Assembly (NCBI GenBank): GCA_037444405.1
Contig: JBBIML010000012.1
Span: 95,463-159,462 of the forward strand
Reading direction: 5' to 3'
Source of the DNA: Armatimonadota bacterium
Lineage (GTDB): Bacteria; Armatimonadota; Fimbriimonadia; Fimbriimonadales; GBS-DC
Length of the DNA: 64,000 nucleotides
Program-made: the position numbers and the translations under genes
Shown: positions 48,273-58,778 of the stretch, piece after piece
Layout of the letters: each line of letters opens with the position of its first letter
Numbering within the stretch: the first letter of the stretch is position 1
The notes under the pieces: model-generated
The model's input: the letters and a program-made list of their open reading frames with translations, nothing else
Told to the model about the DNA's origin: nothing
Databases searched by the model: none

Positions 48273-50039
48273 ATGGTGCTGAAGTGGTGGCTGTGGCGAT
48301 GGGGTGTGTCGTGCGCGCTGGCGCTGTTTGCTCCTGCGCAGGCTGCTGTCGCCCAGACGGAGATCAGCGTGCGTAACTTGCTCGGTGAGCAGGCGATTAC
48401 CGACCCGCTGCCTGTGCGTGTGGAGCTGCGTCAGCGGGGCGAAGCGACGCGCGGCATACTGGAGTGGTGGACAGGCACGGGACCGCGCCACCGAATGGCG
48501 ATCGAGCTGCCCGCAGGCGCCCGCAAGGTGGTCTACCTGCGCCTGTCGCTGGATGCATGGCGGCTCCCTGAACGGCGCAGACGTGCCCTGATGGGCATTC
48601 CGACCCTGCTATGGCGCTCCGAAACGGGCGAATGGCGTCTGCTCGATGTGCCAATCGGCTGGGGCAATCGCCTGCCGCTGGTGATTATCGGCGATGTGCA
48701 GGGCGGGTTCGAACAGTGGAAGCAGGCAAGCTTCAGCCTGCAATCCCGATTCGGCTCGCAGGTGGTCGGCAGCCCCGACTGGTCGCTCCAGCCCGTGTAC
48801 TGGTCGCCTGAGATTGTGCCCACCGAGTGGACTGCTCTGCTGGGCATCCCGATGATGGTGCTGATGGAGGGCAGTGAGCGGCTCTCGCGCGAGCAGTGGG
48901 ACGCCCTGCTGGCGTGGATGCTGGCAGGCGGTCATCTGGTGGTCTCTGTCGGCTCGGTTGGCGAGCCGCTCAAAGGCACGCCGCTCGCCACACTGCTCAA
49001 CAAACCGCCTCTCCCCCAGCGCGCGAGCGGGGCAGGAGATGAGGGACTCTACCCCCCTCTCCCCCAGCGTGGGAGAGGGGCAGGGGGTGAGGGCAGTCTC
49101 CCACTCGCCAGCAGTCGGCGCGTGGGGCGCGGGACGCTGAGCCTGTTCGCGGGCGACCTGAGCGCGCGACACTGGCGCGAGTGGCAGGGACTGAACGCGC
49201 TTATTAATGGGTGGACAGCACGGCTCACGCTGCCACTGGAAGGCATTCGCACGGGGTTCGAAAGCGAATCGCTGCGTCCGCCGATTGCGCGAACGCAGAT
49301 TCTGGGCGTGCTGGGCGTGTTCGCGCTCTACTGGCTCGCGCTCTATCTCACCTGGCGTATCCTGCGACGGCGGCGACGGCTGATTCGCGCCCCGCTGGTC
49401 GTGCTACTGCTCACGGCAGGCTGCTGGCTGGCGCTGGTTCAGCTGGTGCCCGCGTCGGTCCATCGGGCACAGCGGCGCGAGGCTTGCACCCTCTTAGCCG
49501 ACTCGCGCCTGCCCATCGCGATTGAGCATCGCCTTTATCACTTCCTGCTGCCCGCGGGCGAGCATCGCCTGCGCTGGGAGGGCGCGATTCAGCCGCTTGT
49601 GTCGCGCCAGCAGGCGTTGCTGGGCGAGCGCATCATCGTGGAGTACGGCGCGGACACGCTGATGCGGATACAGTCGATGGGCGCGCTGGAGATGCAGGTG
49701 CAGATGGTGCGCCTGCTCCATCTGCCTGCGCCCGTGCGCATCGAGCAACAGGGCGAGCGGTACACCCTCCACAACCCGCTGCCCTACCCCCTGCAGCAGG
49801 TTCATATCCGGCGCGGGTTGATGAGCAACGCCCTCACGGGCGCCTTCGAGTTGGCAGATATACTGGCGAGTGGTGCGACACTGACCGCCACCCCGCGCAA
49901 GGTGCTTCGCCTGTATGACGGGCTGATCCCGCGTGAGGGCGAATGGCTCACCGCGACGATGCCCGCCATGCCATCGCCCCTGCGAACCCCCATAGACGGT
50001 CAGGAGGAGCCAGCACGCTTATGGGTGTGCATACGATGA
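48273..50039 (+). CDS. Exported/membrane hypothetical protein containing an in-frame tandem palindromic insert
   Basis: Signal peptide, LLAWMLAGGHLVV (glutamine amidotransferase-like stretch), two TM segments. Confidence 0.7.
   Translation: MVLKWWLWRWGVSCALALFAPAQAAVAQTEISVRNLLGEQAITDPLPVRVELRQRGEATRGILEWWTGTGPRHRMAIELPAGARKVVYLRLSLDAWRLPERRRRALMGIPTLLWRSETGEWRLLDVPIGWGNRLPLVIIGDVQGGFEQWKQASFSLQSRFGSQVVGSPDWSLQPVYWSPEIVPTEWTALLGIPMMVLMEGSERLSREQWDALLAWMLAGGHLVVSVGSVGEPLKGTPLATLLNKPPLPQRASGAGDEGLYPPLPQRGRGAGGEGSLPLASSRRVGRGTLSLFAGDLSARHWREWQGLNALINGWTARLTLPLEGIRTGFESESLRPPIARTQILGVLGVFALYWLALYLTWRILRRRRRLIRAPLVVLLLTAGCWLALVQLVPASVHRAQRREACTLLADSRLPIAIEHRLYHFLLPAGEHRLRWEGAIQPLVSRQQALLGERIIVEYGADTLMRIQSMGALEMQVQMVRLLHLPAPVRIEQQGERYTLHNPLPYPLQQVHIRRGLMSNALTGAFELADILASGATLTATPRKVLRLYDGLIPREGEWLTATMPAMPSPLRTPIDGQEEPARLWVCIR
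49005..49093 (+). repeat. Two 48-bp-period copies of a CCCCTCTCCC...GGGAGAGGGG palindromic element inside a CDS
   Basis: Encodes PPLPQRASGAGDEG-LY-PPLPQRGRGAGGEG. Confidence 0.8.
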
Positions 50040-51112
50040 CCCCGCTGAAACGCCTCTATCAGCAGGCGTGCGAATGGTGGGACGAGTACTACACCGACAA
50101 CCCCATCGCATGGCTGCTGATGCGGCAGGTTCGGTACGCTGGACGGCAGCAATTCTCGTCCAGTCTCCAGGAGCTGGAAAAGGCACTCAAGCGGGCACAG
50201 CAGGCGCGCGACCAGCAAGCTATCCAGAACCTGTTGATAACGCGAGGTGAACTTCTGCGCGGCATTATGGCACCGCAACCCTTCTGGAAGCGTTCCGATC
50301 GCTGGTGGGCGCTCATTCTATGGAGCCTGTGCTTGCTCGCTGCTGCCGCGATCTATCTGCAGGGTCTGCAGACGCTGATTCAAAGTCAGCTGCGTGTGCC
50401 TGGCTTCTGGTTTTTCTTCGCTGCTATGGCTGGCATCCTCCCCTTTAGTTATAGTACGATGCTACGCGCCTTACTGGTGACTGAGCGTGAACGAGGTACT
50501 GGCATGTTTCTGTGGCTCACCCGACTGACAGGTCGACATCTGGTGTATGGCAGCCTTTGTGTGCTGGTGTTGCATTTGCAGGTGCGTACTTATATTGTCT
50601 TTCTGTCACCGCTGGTGTGGTTGGTGGGCACGATAATGTGGGATAATCCGCTGCGTGGGTTGTGGGTTGCTGCGCTGGTGGGCTGGCAGGCAAGCGCCTT
50701 TGCACTCTTCTGGATGGTGCTGAGTGTGTTTATCATCCCAACTACTCCCAATAGTCTGATGAACATTATATTTTATTTTATAAATGTCCTATTTGCATTT
50801 GGCATAATTATGCTGAGTTTACCAGCCTTCTACCTCACTGGATTCACTTCGCGCCCCTTTATGTCGATGTTCGCTATGGTAGACATGACGCCTGTGTGGA
50901 GCTGGTTTCGGTTGCCTATCTGGTGGATTAGTTTTTCTCCGCCTTTAGGGCAGGTTTCCCTCCTGTTTGTGCGGCATCCGCTATGGGGCTTGTTGCAGGG
51001 GTTTATTTATGTGGGATTGATGCTCTGGTTGTTGCCGCTGGCTGTTCGGTTCGCTGATCGGGTGCGGCGGTGTCCACAGCCCGAGCCACACCCTGATGAA
51101 GGAGACTGGTGA
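50036..51112 (+). CDS. Polytopic membrane protein, ABC-2 permease-like
   Basis: ERERGT..LWLTRL motif; multiple TMs; ATGA overlap. Confidence 0.7.
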   Translation: MTPLKRLYQQACEWWDEYYTDNPIAWLLMRQVRYAGRQQFSSSLQELEKALKRAQQARDQQAIQNLLITRGELLRGIMAPQPFWKRSDRWWALILWSLCLLAAAAIYLQGLQTLIQSQLRVPGFWFFFAAMAGILPFSYSTMLRALLVTERERGTGMFLWLTRLTGRHLVYGSLCVLVLHLQVRTYIVFLSPLVWLVGTIMWDNPLRGLWVAALVGWQASAFALFWMVLSVFIIPTTPNSLMNIIFYFINVLFAFGIIMLSLPAFYLTGFTSRPFMSMFAMVDMTPVWSWFRLPIWWISFSPPLGQVSLLFVRHPLWGLLQGFIYVGLMLWLLPLAVRFADRVRRCPQPEPHPDEGDW

Positions 51113-52683
51113 TGTGGGACGAGGTGCGCACGGTTTTCTGGATGGAGTATCGGCGCCATTTGCGCTCGCGCCTGTTTTGGCGGATGCTGCTGCTGATCGC
51201 TGGCAGCAGCATGATGATAGCGGGTGGCGCGGGTTTCTTATTAAGTTTCATCGGCGACGCTGATACCTTTGGTACGCTGATTGGTTCGGTGAGTATTGGT
51301 TTGATGACCGCTCTGGGCGCTGTGGCAATTTTTGCGCCGCCTGTTATCGTGCCACGAATCTTCAGCGATGTTTATAAAACGCGCGCGGTGCCTGACATCT
51401 ACCTTACCGCGTTGCACCCACTCGCTATTGTCGCTGGGCGCACGCTAACAGCAGGCGCTCAAGTGGGACTGATTCTTCTAACGCTGTTCCCTGCAGGCAT
51501 TCTCGTCTGTCAGATAGCAGGTTTCGTACCGACTTACTGGCTGTTCATGGCAGGACTGACATGGATTGCCATGCTAACGCTTGTGGGGTTGAGCGTTGTG
51601 TTGATGAATAAGCGCTTTCCAGCCGATGCGGAGGGCGCGCTGGCTGGCACGCCCGCGCTCACAGCAGGGGGCGTATCCTTGCTACTACTGGTATCCCTCT
51701 TTGTGCTTTTTCAAGGCTGGCTTGCTGGCAGCAGGGGACATCTACCCTTATATCTGATGAGTCCGCTGCTGATTCCTTATGAGATGTACGCAACAGTTTC
51801 GCTTGGCAGCTGGGAGTTGCCTGTATGGGTGCTGGCAGTCCCGATGATGATAGGGTTATGCCTGCTGGCAATGATAGTGTCGGCGCAGTGGCTGGGCTGG
51901 TGGTCAGATACAGCCTATCAGTTTCAGCGCTGGGGCGGCACGGCGTTCTTTCTGACAGTCTATGCGCTGCATATGGGCATCTACGCGCAGAGCGGGGTGC
52001 ACTCCATCACAGAGGCAGAACGCGCCGTCTTTTGGGGCATGATATTGGGTGGTCTGGCATACGCATTCGCCTGTGCGCGAATGCTGGGCTACTATGGGAT
52101 TGGGGCGCGCCCGCGCCCGTTGCGCCATGCACTCCCCTATCCGCTGGGCGGCGTCATGTGGGGGTGGGCGCTGGTGCTGGCAATCGCGCTCATCGCGTGG
52201 CTAACTGTCGGCTGGGCATCAGGCTACTGGGTCGACCCGCGACGCTGGTTGATGTGGAGCCTCTGCCTGATAGGTCTGCTACTGCTGGCGCAGTCCCTCA
52301 ACACCGGTATCCTGATTTTCTACTGGCATTCGTACCGATCGGCTCCTGTCAAGTATGTCAGGGCAGAAGCGCGGGCAATAATGGAGATGTATGGCAGCCA
52401 GATGCCCGCATCACTGACACGCACGCTCTTTCTCTGGTTGGTTATAGTTTATATTTTGCATCTGATACCTTTGAAATTAACTCAAATAGTGGGGAGCTGG
52501 CTGATGCTTATTAACCCGATGTATGCGCTAAGCAATCCCGATCGAAGCTTGAGTTTTTACGCAGGATATGCGCTTTATATGGTTGTGCTAACCGCCTTTA
52601 TGACGATGATTGGCGTTCGTCAGGCAAGAATCTGGCTGAATCACTATCAGTCAAGGCAGGTAGAATCGGAAAGTTCGCAATGA
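51109..52683 (+). CDS. Polytopic membrane protein, ABC-2 permease-like
   Basis: EYRRHLRSR N-terminus, YLTALHP..IVAG; many TMs. Confidence 0.7.
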   Translation: MMWDEVRTVFWMEYRRHLRSRLFWRMLLLIAGSSMMIAGGAGFLLSFIGDADTFGTLIGSVSIGLMTALGAVAIFAPPVIVPRIFSDVYKTRAVPDIYLTALHPLAIVAGRTLTAGAQVGLILLTLFPAGILVCQIAGFVPTYWLFMAGLTWIAMLTLVGLSVVLMNKRFPADAEGALAGTPALTAGGVSLLLLVSLFVLFQGWLAGSRGHLPLYLMSPLLIPYEMYATVSLGSWELPVWVLAVPMMIGLCLLAMIVSAQWLGWWSDTAYQFQRWGGTAFFLTVYALHMGIYAQSGVHSITEAERAVFWGMILGGLAYAFACARMLGYYGIGARPRPLRHALPYPLGGVMWGWALVLAIALIAWLTVGWASGYWVDPRRWLMWSLCLIGLLLLAQSLNTGILIFYWHSYRSAPVKYVRAEARAIMEMYGSQMPASLTRTLFLWLVIVYILHLIPLKLTQIVGSWLMLINPMYALSNPDRSLSFYAGYALYMVVLTAFMTMIGVRQARIWLNHYQSRQVESESSQ

Positions 52684-52854
52684 GCGGGCGGGTCTGGCGT
52701 GGGTTTGTGCTGGGCGGTGTTTTACTGCTAACGGGATGACGGTGGCGGTGCAGGGCGCGACTGGACGCTCGGCTGTATCGCCCTCGACGACCCCGACATC
52801 GATATCCTCTACGCCATTTTGCAGGTTGGCGACCCCGTGACGATTCTGCCCTGA
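52680..52854 (+). pseudogene. Internally deleted L,D-transpeptidase (YkuD family) remnant
   Basis: MSGRVWRGFVLGGVLLLTG signal peptide followed out of frame by GGGAGRDWTLGCIALDDPDIDILYAILQVGDPVTILP*. Confidence 0.75.
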
Positions 52855-52886
52855 CTTGGTACATCGGTCGGGGGTATCCTAAAAGT

Positions 52887-54026
52887 ATGCATTTTGAGAC
52901 CATCGCTATTCGGGTGGGTCAGGAGCCGGACCCGACCACTGGCTCGGTGGTGGTGCCCATCTATGCGACCTCCACCTTTCGGCGTGCGAGCGTGGATCAG
53001 GAAGGGGGCTACGAGTATTCGCGCGTGTCGAACCCGACGCGGGCGGCTGCCGAGCAGTGCCTCGCCGCGCTGGAAGGCGGCAGGTATGGCTTGCTATTCG
53101 CCTCCGGCATGGCAGCCGAGAGCGCCATCATCGGCTTGCTCAAGCCCGGCGAGCATGTGGTGTGCATTCGCGATGTGTACGGCGGCACGATGTCGCTGTT
53201 GCGGCTGGCGCAGCAGCGTGGCATCTACTACACGCTGGTGGATGCCACCCAGCCCGACGCGGTGGAGGGCGCCATCCGCCCCGAAACCCGCCTGCTGTGG
53301 CTCGAATCGCCCACCAACCCGCTCACCTATGTGGTCGATCTGGAGCAGTTAGCCGCGCTGGGGCATGACCACGGGCTGCTTGTGGTGGTGGACAACACCT
53401 TCGCCACACCCTATTTTCAGAACCCGCTCGCGCTCGGCGCCGATATCGTGGTGCATAGCGCGACCAAATATCTGGGCGGGCACAGCGACCTGATTGGCGG
53501 CGCGCTGGTGTATAATCGCGACGACCTGCACGAGCCGCTCTGGGATCAGCAGGCGGTGGGGGGCGGTATCCTGTCGCCCTTCGATAGCTGGCTGCTGCTG
53601 CGCGGGCTGAAAACGCTGGCGGTGCGTATGCGCGCGCACGAGGCGAACGCGCTCGCTGTTGCCCGCTACCTGCAGGAACATCCGAAGGTGGAGCGCGTGC
53701 TGTATCCCGGCTTGCCCGACCATCCGCACCATACGCTGGCGAAACGCCAGATGCGCGGATTTGGCGGCATGCTCGCCGTGTATCTCAAGGGCGGGCGCGA
53801 ACAAGCCAGGCGATTCTGCGAATCGACGCGGCTCTTCCTTCTGGCGAGCAGTCTGGGCGGCGTCGAATCGCTGGTTGGCTACCCGCCCGTGATGTCGCAC
53901 TCCAGCCTGACGCCCGAAGAGCGAGCCGCCTGCGGCATCACCGATAACCTTGTGCGCCTCTCCGTCGGCATCGAGCATATTGATGACCTGCTGGATGATC
54001 TGGAGCAGGCGCTGGCGAAAGTGTAG
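52887..54026 (+). CDS. Cystathionine gamma-synthase/lyase (Cys/Met metabolism PLP enzyme)
   Basis: YSRVSNPT, FASGMAA, ESPTNP, VDNTF, HSATKYLGGHSD, SLGGVESL. Confidence 0.93.
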   Translation: MHFETIAIRVGQEPDPTTGSVVVPIYATSTFRRASVDQEGGYEYSRVSNPTRAAAEQCLAALEGGRYGLLFASGMAAESAIIGLLKPGEHVVCIRDVYGGTMSLLRLAQQRGIYYTLVDATQPDAVEGAIRPETRLLWLESPTNPLTYVVDLEQLAALGHDHGLLVVVDNTFATPYFQNPLALGADIVVHSATKYLGGHSDLIGGALVYNRDDLHEPLWDQQAVGGGILSPFDSWLLLRGLKTLAVRMRAHEANALAVARYLQEHPKVERVLYPGLPDHPHHTLAKRQMRGFGGMLAVYLKGGREQARRFCESTRLFLLASSLGGVESLVGYPPVMSHSSLTPEERAACGITDNLVRLSVGIEHIDDLLDDLEQALAKV

Positions 54027-54037
54027 CAGGGTGGCGC

Positions 54038-56056
54038 ATGGCACGGAGCGAGTGGCGCGTGGGCGTGGACACAGGTGGCACTTTCACCGACCTTGTGGCA
54101 TGGTCGGGTCAGCAGCTGCTGTTGCTGAAGGTGCCCTCCACGCCCGTGGCGCCGGAGCGGGCGGTTCTGCACGGGCTGGCGTGGCTCCAGCGCGAACTGA
54201 ATGCAGGACGACCCGCGATGGTGCTGCATGGCACAACGGTCGGCACAAACGCCATTCTGGAGCGCAGGGGCGCCCGTACCGCTTTTCTGACCACGCAAGG
54301 CTTTCGCGACCTGCTCCATCTGGCGCGTCAGACCCGTCGGGAGCTGTATAGCCTCTGCCCGCAGCCGACGCCGTGTCTGGCGGAGCGCGCGCTCTGTGCC
54401 GAAGTGCCCGAACGCCTCGCCTATAACGGTCTGGTTCTGCAGCCGCTGGACACGAGCGAGTTGCCGCGCCTGATTCGCCGCTGGAAGCGGGCGGGTGTGG
54501 AGGCGGTCGCCGTGTGCCTGCTGTTTTCCTATGCGAACCCTGCGCATGAGCGGCGGCTGGGCGAGCTGCTGGCGCCCCATTTCGCCGTCGCGCTCTCCAG
54601 CGAGGTCGCGCCCGAGTTCCGTGAGTACGAACGCGCCAGCACCACCTTCCTGAACGCCTATCTCATGCCCGTGCTGACCCGCTATCTGAGCGCACTGCGC
54701 AGCCAGCTCCATGAGTCAGATGGGGAGCCGTCGCCGACGCTATTATTGAGCCATTCGAATGGGGGATTGATGGGCATCGCGCAGGCATGTCGGCTGCCGA
54801 TCAGCACGGTGCTGTCGGGTCCGGCGGCAGGCGTGATGGGCGCGTGGGCAATCGGTCGGCAGAGCGGGCATCCGCGCCTGCTCACGCTCGATATGGGCGG
54901 CACCTCCACCGATGTCGCGCTGATTGACCGCGAGCCGTCGCGCGTGGGGCTATCGGAGATCGCGGGCATGCCGCTCCGCCTGCCCCAGCTGGAGATTCAC
55001 ACGATTGGCGCAGGCGGCGGCTCCATCGCCTATCTGGACGCGGCGGGCAGCCTGCGCGTCGGACCGCAGAGCGCGGGCGCCGATCCCGGTCCCGCCGCCT
55101 GCGGTAAAGGCGACCAGCCCACTGTCACCGACGCGCACCTCGTGCTGGGGCACCTGCTGCCCGAAACTTTCGGCTTCGGACAGATCGAGATTCAGCCCGA
55201 TTGCGCCTGGCGTGCGCTGGAGCCGCTGGCGCGGGCATTGCAACTGAGCGTGGAGGAGACGGCGGAGGCGATTCTGGAGCAGGCGCGCGCCCGCATGAGC
55301 AAAGCGTTGCGCACGGTCTCCGCCGCGCGCGGCTATGACCCCGCCGCCTTCACCCTGCTGGCGTTCGGCGGCGCGGGTCCCTTGCAGATGTGTGCCCTGG
55401 CACGGCTGATTGGGGCGCAACGCTGGCTCTTGCCACCCCATCCGGGCGTGCTATCGGCATACGGGCTACTCTGGATGGATTGCGTGCATGAGGCGGTGCG
55501 CACGCTGCTAACGCCGCTGGATGCCCTGCCCGATTTGCACCCGCTGATGGACGCCCTGCGTCAGGAGTGCCTGCGCGCTCTGCAGGAGGCAGGTGCGTCG
55601 ATTGACGAAGCGCAGCTTCACCTCTATGCCGATCTGCGCTATCGCGGGCAATCGTACGAAATCACCTTACCGTTTGACCCTCTGCGCCCGCAGCAGGCAG
55701 CGAAGGCGTTTCACACCCAGCATGAGCGTCAGTACGGCTTCGCGCTGACCGAGCGGGCGCTGGAGCTGGTGAATCTGCGCATGCGGGCAATCGCGCTCCA
55801 GCCGAAGCCTGTGGGTGGCGAGTGGCGCGTGGCGGAGGATGGATGGCAGCCGATGCGCGGGTTGCCATCGTCCGTGCGCCTCTATCTCTGGGGTGAATGG
55901 CGTGAGGTGCCCGTGATTCATCGCGCCGAGCTGAGCGCGCGCCAGCGCGTGCCCGCGCCCGCGCTCATCCTCCAGCCCGACACCACCCTGCTGATTGAAC
56001 CCGACTGGCAGGTATCGGTCGATTCACAGGGCAATCTCTGTGGGGTATCCTCTTAA
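54038..56056 (+). CDS. Hydantoinase A / 5-oxoprolinase family protein
   Basis: [53 protein letters not shown]. Confidence 0.93.
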   Translation: MARSEWRVGVDTGGTFTDLVAWSGQQLLLLKVPSTPVAPERAVLHGLAWLQRELNAGRPAMVLHGTTVGTNAILERRGARTAFLTTQGFRDLLHLARQTRRELYSLCPQPTPCLAERALCAEVPERLAYNGLVLQPLDTSELPRLIRRWKRAGVEAVAVCLLFSYANPAHERRLGELLAPHFAVALSSEVAPEFREYERASTTFLNAYLMPVLTRYLSALRSQLHESDGEPSPTLLLSHSNGGLMGIAQACRLPISTVLSGPAAGVMGAWAIGRQSGHPRLLTLDMGGTSTDVALIDREPSRVGLSEIAGMPLRLPQLEIHTIGAGGGSIAYLDAAGSLRVGPQSAGADPGPAACGKGDQPTVTDAHLVLGHLLPETFGFGQIEIQPDCAWRALEPLARALQLSVEETAEAILEQARARMSKALRTVSAARGYDPAAFTLLAFGGAGPLQMCALARLIGAQRWLLPPHPGVLSAYGLLWMDCVHEAVRTLLTPLDALPDLHPLMDALRQECLRALQEAGASIDEAQLHLYADLRYRGQSYEITLPFDPLRPQQAAKAFHTQHERQYGFALTERALELVNLRMRAIALQPKPVGGEWRVAEDGWQPMRGLPSSVRLYLWGEWREVPVIHRAELSARQRVPAPALILQPDTTLLIEPDWQVSVDSQGNLCGVSS

Positions 56057-56057
56057 T

Positions 56058-57614
56058 ATGGAGCGGGCGTTGGCTGCAGGCGGTCCGCATGAGCAGGTGG
56101 TGGTGCTGGACTTCGGCGGTCAGTACACCCAGCTGATTGCGCGGCGTGTGCGCGAGTGTCAGGTCTTCTGTGAAATTCTGCCCTATAGCACCTCCATCGA
56201 GTCCCTTCGTGCGCGTGCGCCGAAGGGCATTATTCTTTCGGGTGGTCCCGCCAGCGTGTATGAGCGGGACGCGCCGCGCGTGCCGCCTGCGCTGTTTGAG
56301 CTGGGCATTCCCGTGCTGGGCATCTGCTACGGGCATCAGCTGATGGCGCAGATGCTGGGCGGCGAGGTTCAGCCTGCTGCCCAGCGCGAGTACGGGCGAA
56401 CACCACTGCGCGTGCTGCACGCCGAGCCGCTCTTTGAAGGGCTGGAACCCGACCTCATCTGCTGGATGAGCCACGGCGACCAGGTGGTTCAGCCGCCGCC
56501 CGGTTTCACCCTGCTGGCGACCACCGGGAACACGCCCGTCGCCGCGATGGGCGACCTGCAGCGCCACCTGTACGGCGTGCAGTTCCATCCCGAAGTGAGC
56601 CACACGCCGTTCGGCAAGCAGTTATTGCGCAACTTTCTGTTCGGCGTATGTGGCTGTCGCGGCGACTGGACGCCCGTTAGCTTCATCGAGGAGTCGATCC
56701 AGGCGATTCGGGAGCGGGTGGGGAATGCGCGCGTGCTGTGCGCCATCAGTGGCGGCGTCGACTCCTGCACCGTAGCCGCGCTGATCCAGCGAGCCGTTGG
56801 TGAACAGCTCACGGGCATCTTCGTCGATCACGGGCTGTTGCGCAAGGGTGAAGCCGACGAGGTGCGCGAACTGTTCACCCGCCATTTCCCGACGCGCCTC
56901 ATCTTCGTGGACGCCCGCGAGCGGTTCCTGCAACGGCTGCGCGGCATCACCGACCCCGAAGAGAAGCGCAAAGTGATTGGCGAGGAGTTCGTGCGCGTGT
57001 TCGAAGAGCATGCCGACGCGATGGGTGACTGCCGATTTCTGGCGCAGGGCACGCTCTATCCCGATGTGATCGAAAGCGGCACGCCCATCGCCGCCAAAAT
57101 CAAGACCCACCACAATGTGGGCGGGTTGCCGTCCTGGATGCGCCTGGAGGTGCTGGAGCCGCTGCGCTATCTGTTCAAGGATGAGGTGCGGGCGGTGGCG
57201 CAGGCGCTCGGCTTGCCCGAAAGCATCGTGTGGCGCCAGCCCTTCCCCGGACCGGGTCTGGCGGTGCGCGTGATCGGCGAGATCACTCCAGAACGGCTCC
57301 AGCAGGTGCGTGAAGCCGACGCGATCCTGAACGAGGAGCTGACCCGCGCAGGCTGGCATCGGCAGGTGTGGCAGGCGTTCGCCGTGCTGTCCACCATCCG
57401 TAGCGTCGGCGTGATGGGCGACCAGCGCACCTATCAGCACCCGATTGTGCTGCGCGTGGTGCTCAGCGAGGACGCAATGACCGCCGAACCCGCCGAGCTG
57501 CCCTGGTCGCTCCTGCGCCGCATCGCGGACCGAATCGTGAACGAGGTGCCCGGCATCAACCGCGTGCTGTATGATTTGAGTTCCAAGCCGCCCGCGACCA
57601 TCGAGTGGGAGTAG
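56058..57614 (+). CDS. guaA: GMP synthase (glutamine-hydrolysing)
   Basis: [42 protein letters not shown]. Confidence 0.97.
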   Translation: MERALAAGGPHEQVVVLDFGGQYTQLIARRVRECQVFCEILPYSTSIESLRARAPKGIILSGGPASVYERDAPRVPPALFELGIPVLGICYGHQLMAQMLGGEVQPAAQREYGRTPLRVLHAEPLFEGLEPDLICWMSHGDQVVQPPPGFTLLATTGNTPVAAMGDLQRHLYGVQFHPEVSHTPFGKQLLRNFLFGVCGCRGDWTPVSFIEESIQAIRERVGNARVLCAISGGVDSCTVAALIQRAVGEQLTGIFVDHGLLRKGEADEVRELFTRHFPTRLIFVDARERFLQRLRGITDPEEKRKVIGEEFVRVFEEHADAMGDCRFLAQGTLYPDVIESGTPIAAKIKTHHNVGGLPSWMRLEVLEPLRYLFKDEVRAVAQALGLPESIVWRQPFPGPGLAVRVIGEITPERLQQVREADAILNEELTRAGWHRQVWQAFAVLSTIRSVGVMGDQRTYQHPIVLRVVLSEDAMTAEPAELPWSLLRRIADRIVNEVPGINRVLYDLSSKPPATIEWE

Positions 57615-57624
57615 GAGGTTGCCT

Positions 57625-58257
57625 ATGTCGGTTCAGACGATGGCTGTGCCCTGTTCTTTGGAGGCGACGGAGCAGTCCCTGTGGCAGGCGCGTTTTCCAG
57701 AGGTGCAGGTGATGATCGACGCGCCGACCCTGCAGGCGCGCGTGCGCGAGCTGGGCGAGCAGATTGCCCGCGATTACGACCCGCGCGTGCTGCAACCGCC
57801 CAGCAGCGAGCCGCTGCTGCTGGTGGGCGTGCTGAAAGGCTCGCTCGTGTTCCTCGCCGACCTGATGCGCTATATCACAATCCCTGTATCCTACGATTTC
57901 GTCGCCATCTCCAGCTACGGGGCGGAGACGCGCACCTCTGGAGTCGTACGCCTGCTGAAAGACCTCGACACCAGCATCGGCGGTCGCCATGTGCTGGTGG
58001 TGGAAGACATTCTGGACACGGGGCTGACACTCTCGTACTTGCTGGAGCTGCTGCGCACGCGCGCGCCCGCGAGCCTGCGCGTCTGCACGCTGTTGCGCAA
58101 GCCCACTCGCCAGAAGGTCGCCGTGCCCGTCGACTACTGCGGGTTCGATATCCCCGACCAGTTCGTGGTCGGCTATGGGCTGGACTACGCCGAGCGATAC
58201 CGCAACCTGCCCTTTATCGGCGTGCTGAAGGGCATCGAGGTGGGGGCGAAGGAGTGA
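57625..58257 (+). CDS. hpt: Hypoxanthine phosphoribosyltransferase
   Basis: VLKGS, SSYG, VEDILDTGLTL, FVVGYGLDY..YRNLP. Confidence 0.96.
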   Translation: MSVQTMAVPCSLEATEQSLWQARFPEVQVMIDAPTLQARVRELGEQIARDYDPRVLQPPSSEPLLLVGVLKGSLVFLADLMRYITIPVSYDFVAISSYGAETRTSGVVRLLKDLDTSIGGRHVLVVEDILDTGLTLSYLLELLRTRAPASLRVCTLLRKPTRQKVAVPVDYCGFDIPDQFVVGYGLDYAERYRNLPFIGVLKGIEVGAKE

Positions 58258-58778
58258 TGAAGTGCCCGCGCTGTGGCTGGATTGCCGAACAACCAGTGGA
58301 CGCCTGCCCTGGCTGTGGCTTCACGCTGCTGGCGCTTCAGGTTCCAGCCCATCTGCAACTGCAGCGCCAGAACACGGTGAACGACTTCGCGAACCTGTTG
58401 AGCGATTCGGAGCGCAAACAGCTGAAGGCGCGATTGCAGCAGCTGAGTGAGGCGATGGGCGGCGTGCTGGTGATAGCGACGGTGCTGGCAGTCGCGCCGC
58501 TCAAACCCAGCGAGTACGCCTTCTGGCTCTATCACCACTGGCGACTGCCCGCGAACGGACTGCTGCTGTTGATTGCCCTTCAGGAACGCTGGATCGAGAG
58601 CGAGGTGGGTCTCGCGTGGGAACCGTTGCTATCGGATGTGGAGACAGGCGAGGCGCTGCAGACTGCTGTGCCCTTCTTCAAAGAGGGACGCTACGCCGAC
58701 GGATTGCTGAACGCGCTGCAGGTGATTGAGCAGCTCTATCGTATTCGTCAGGAGGCGATAAGCCATGAGACGGGTTAG
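58257..58778 (+). CDS. Zinc-ribbon + TPM domain protein
   Basis: CPRCG...CPGCG; VNDFANLLS, GLLLLIA, EVG, PFFKEGRYADG. Confidence 0.8.
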   Translation: MKCPRCGWIAEQPVDACPGCGFTLLALQVPAHLQLQRQNTVNDFANLLSDSERKQLKARLQQLSEAMGGVLVIATVLAVAPLKPSEYAFWLYHHWRLPANGLLLLIALQERWIESEVGLAWEPLLSDVETGEALQTAVPFFKEGRYADGLLNALQVIEQLYRIRQEAISHETG

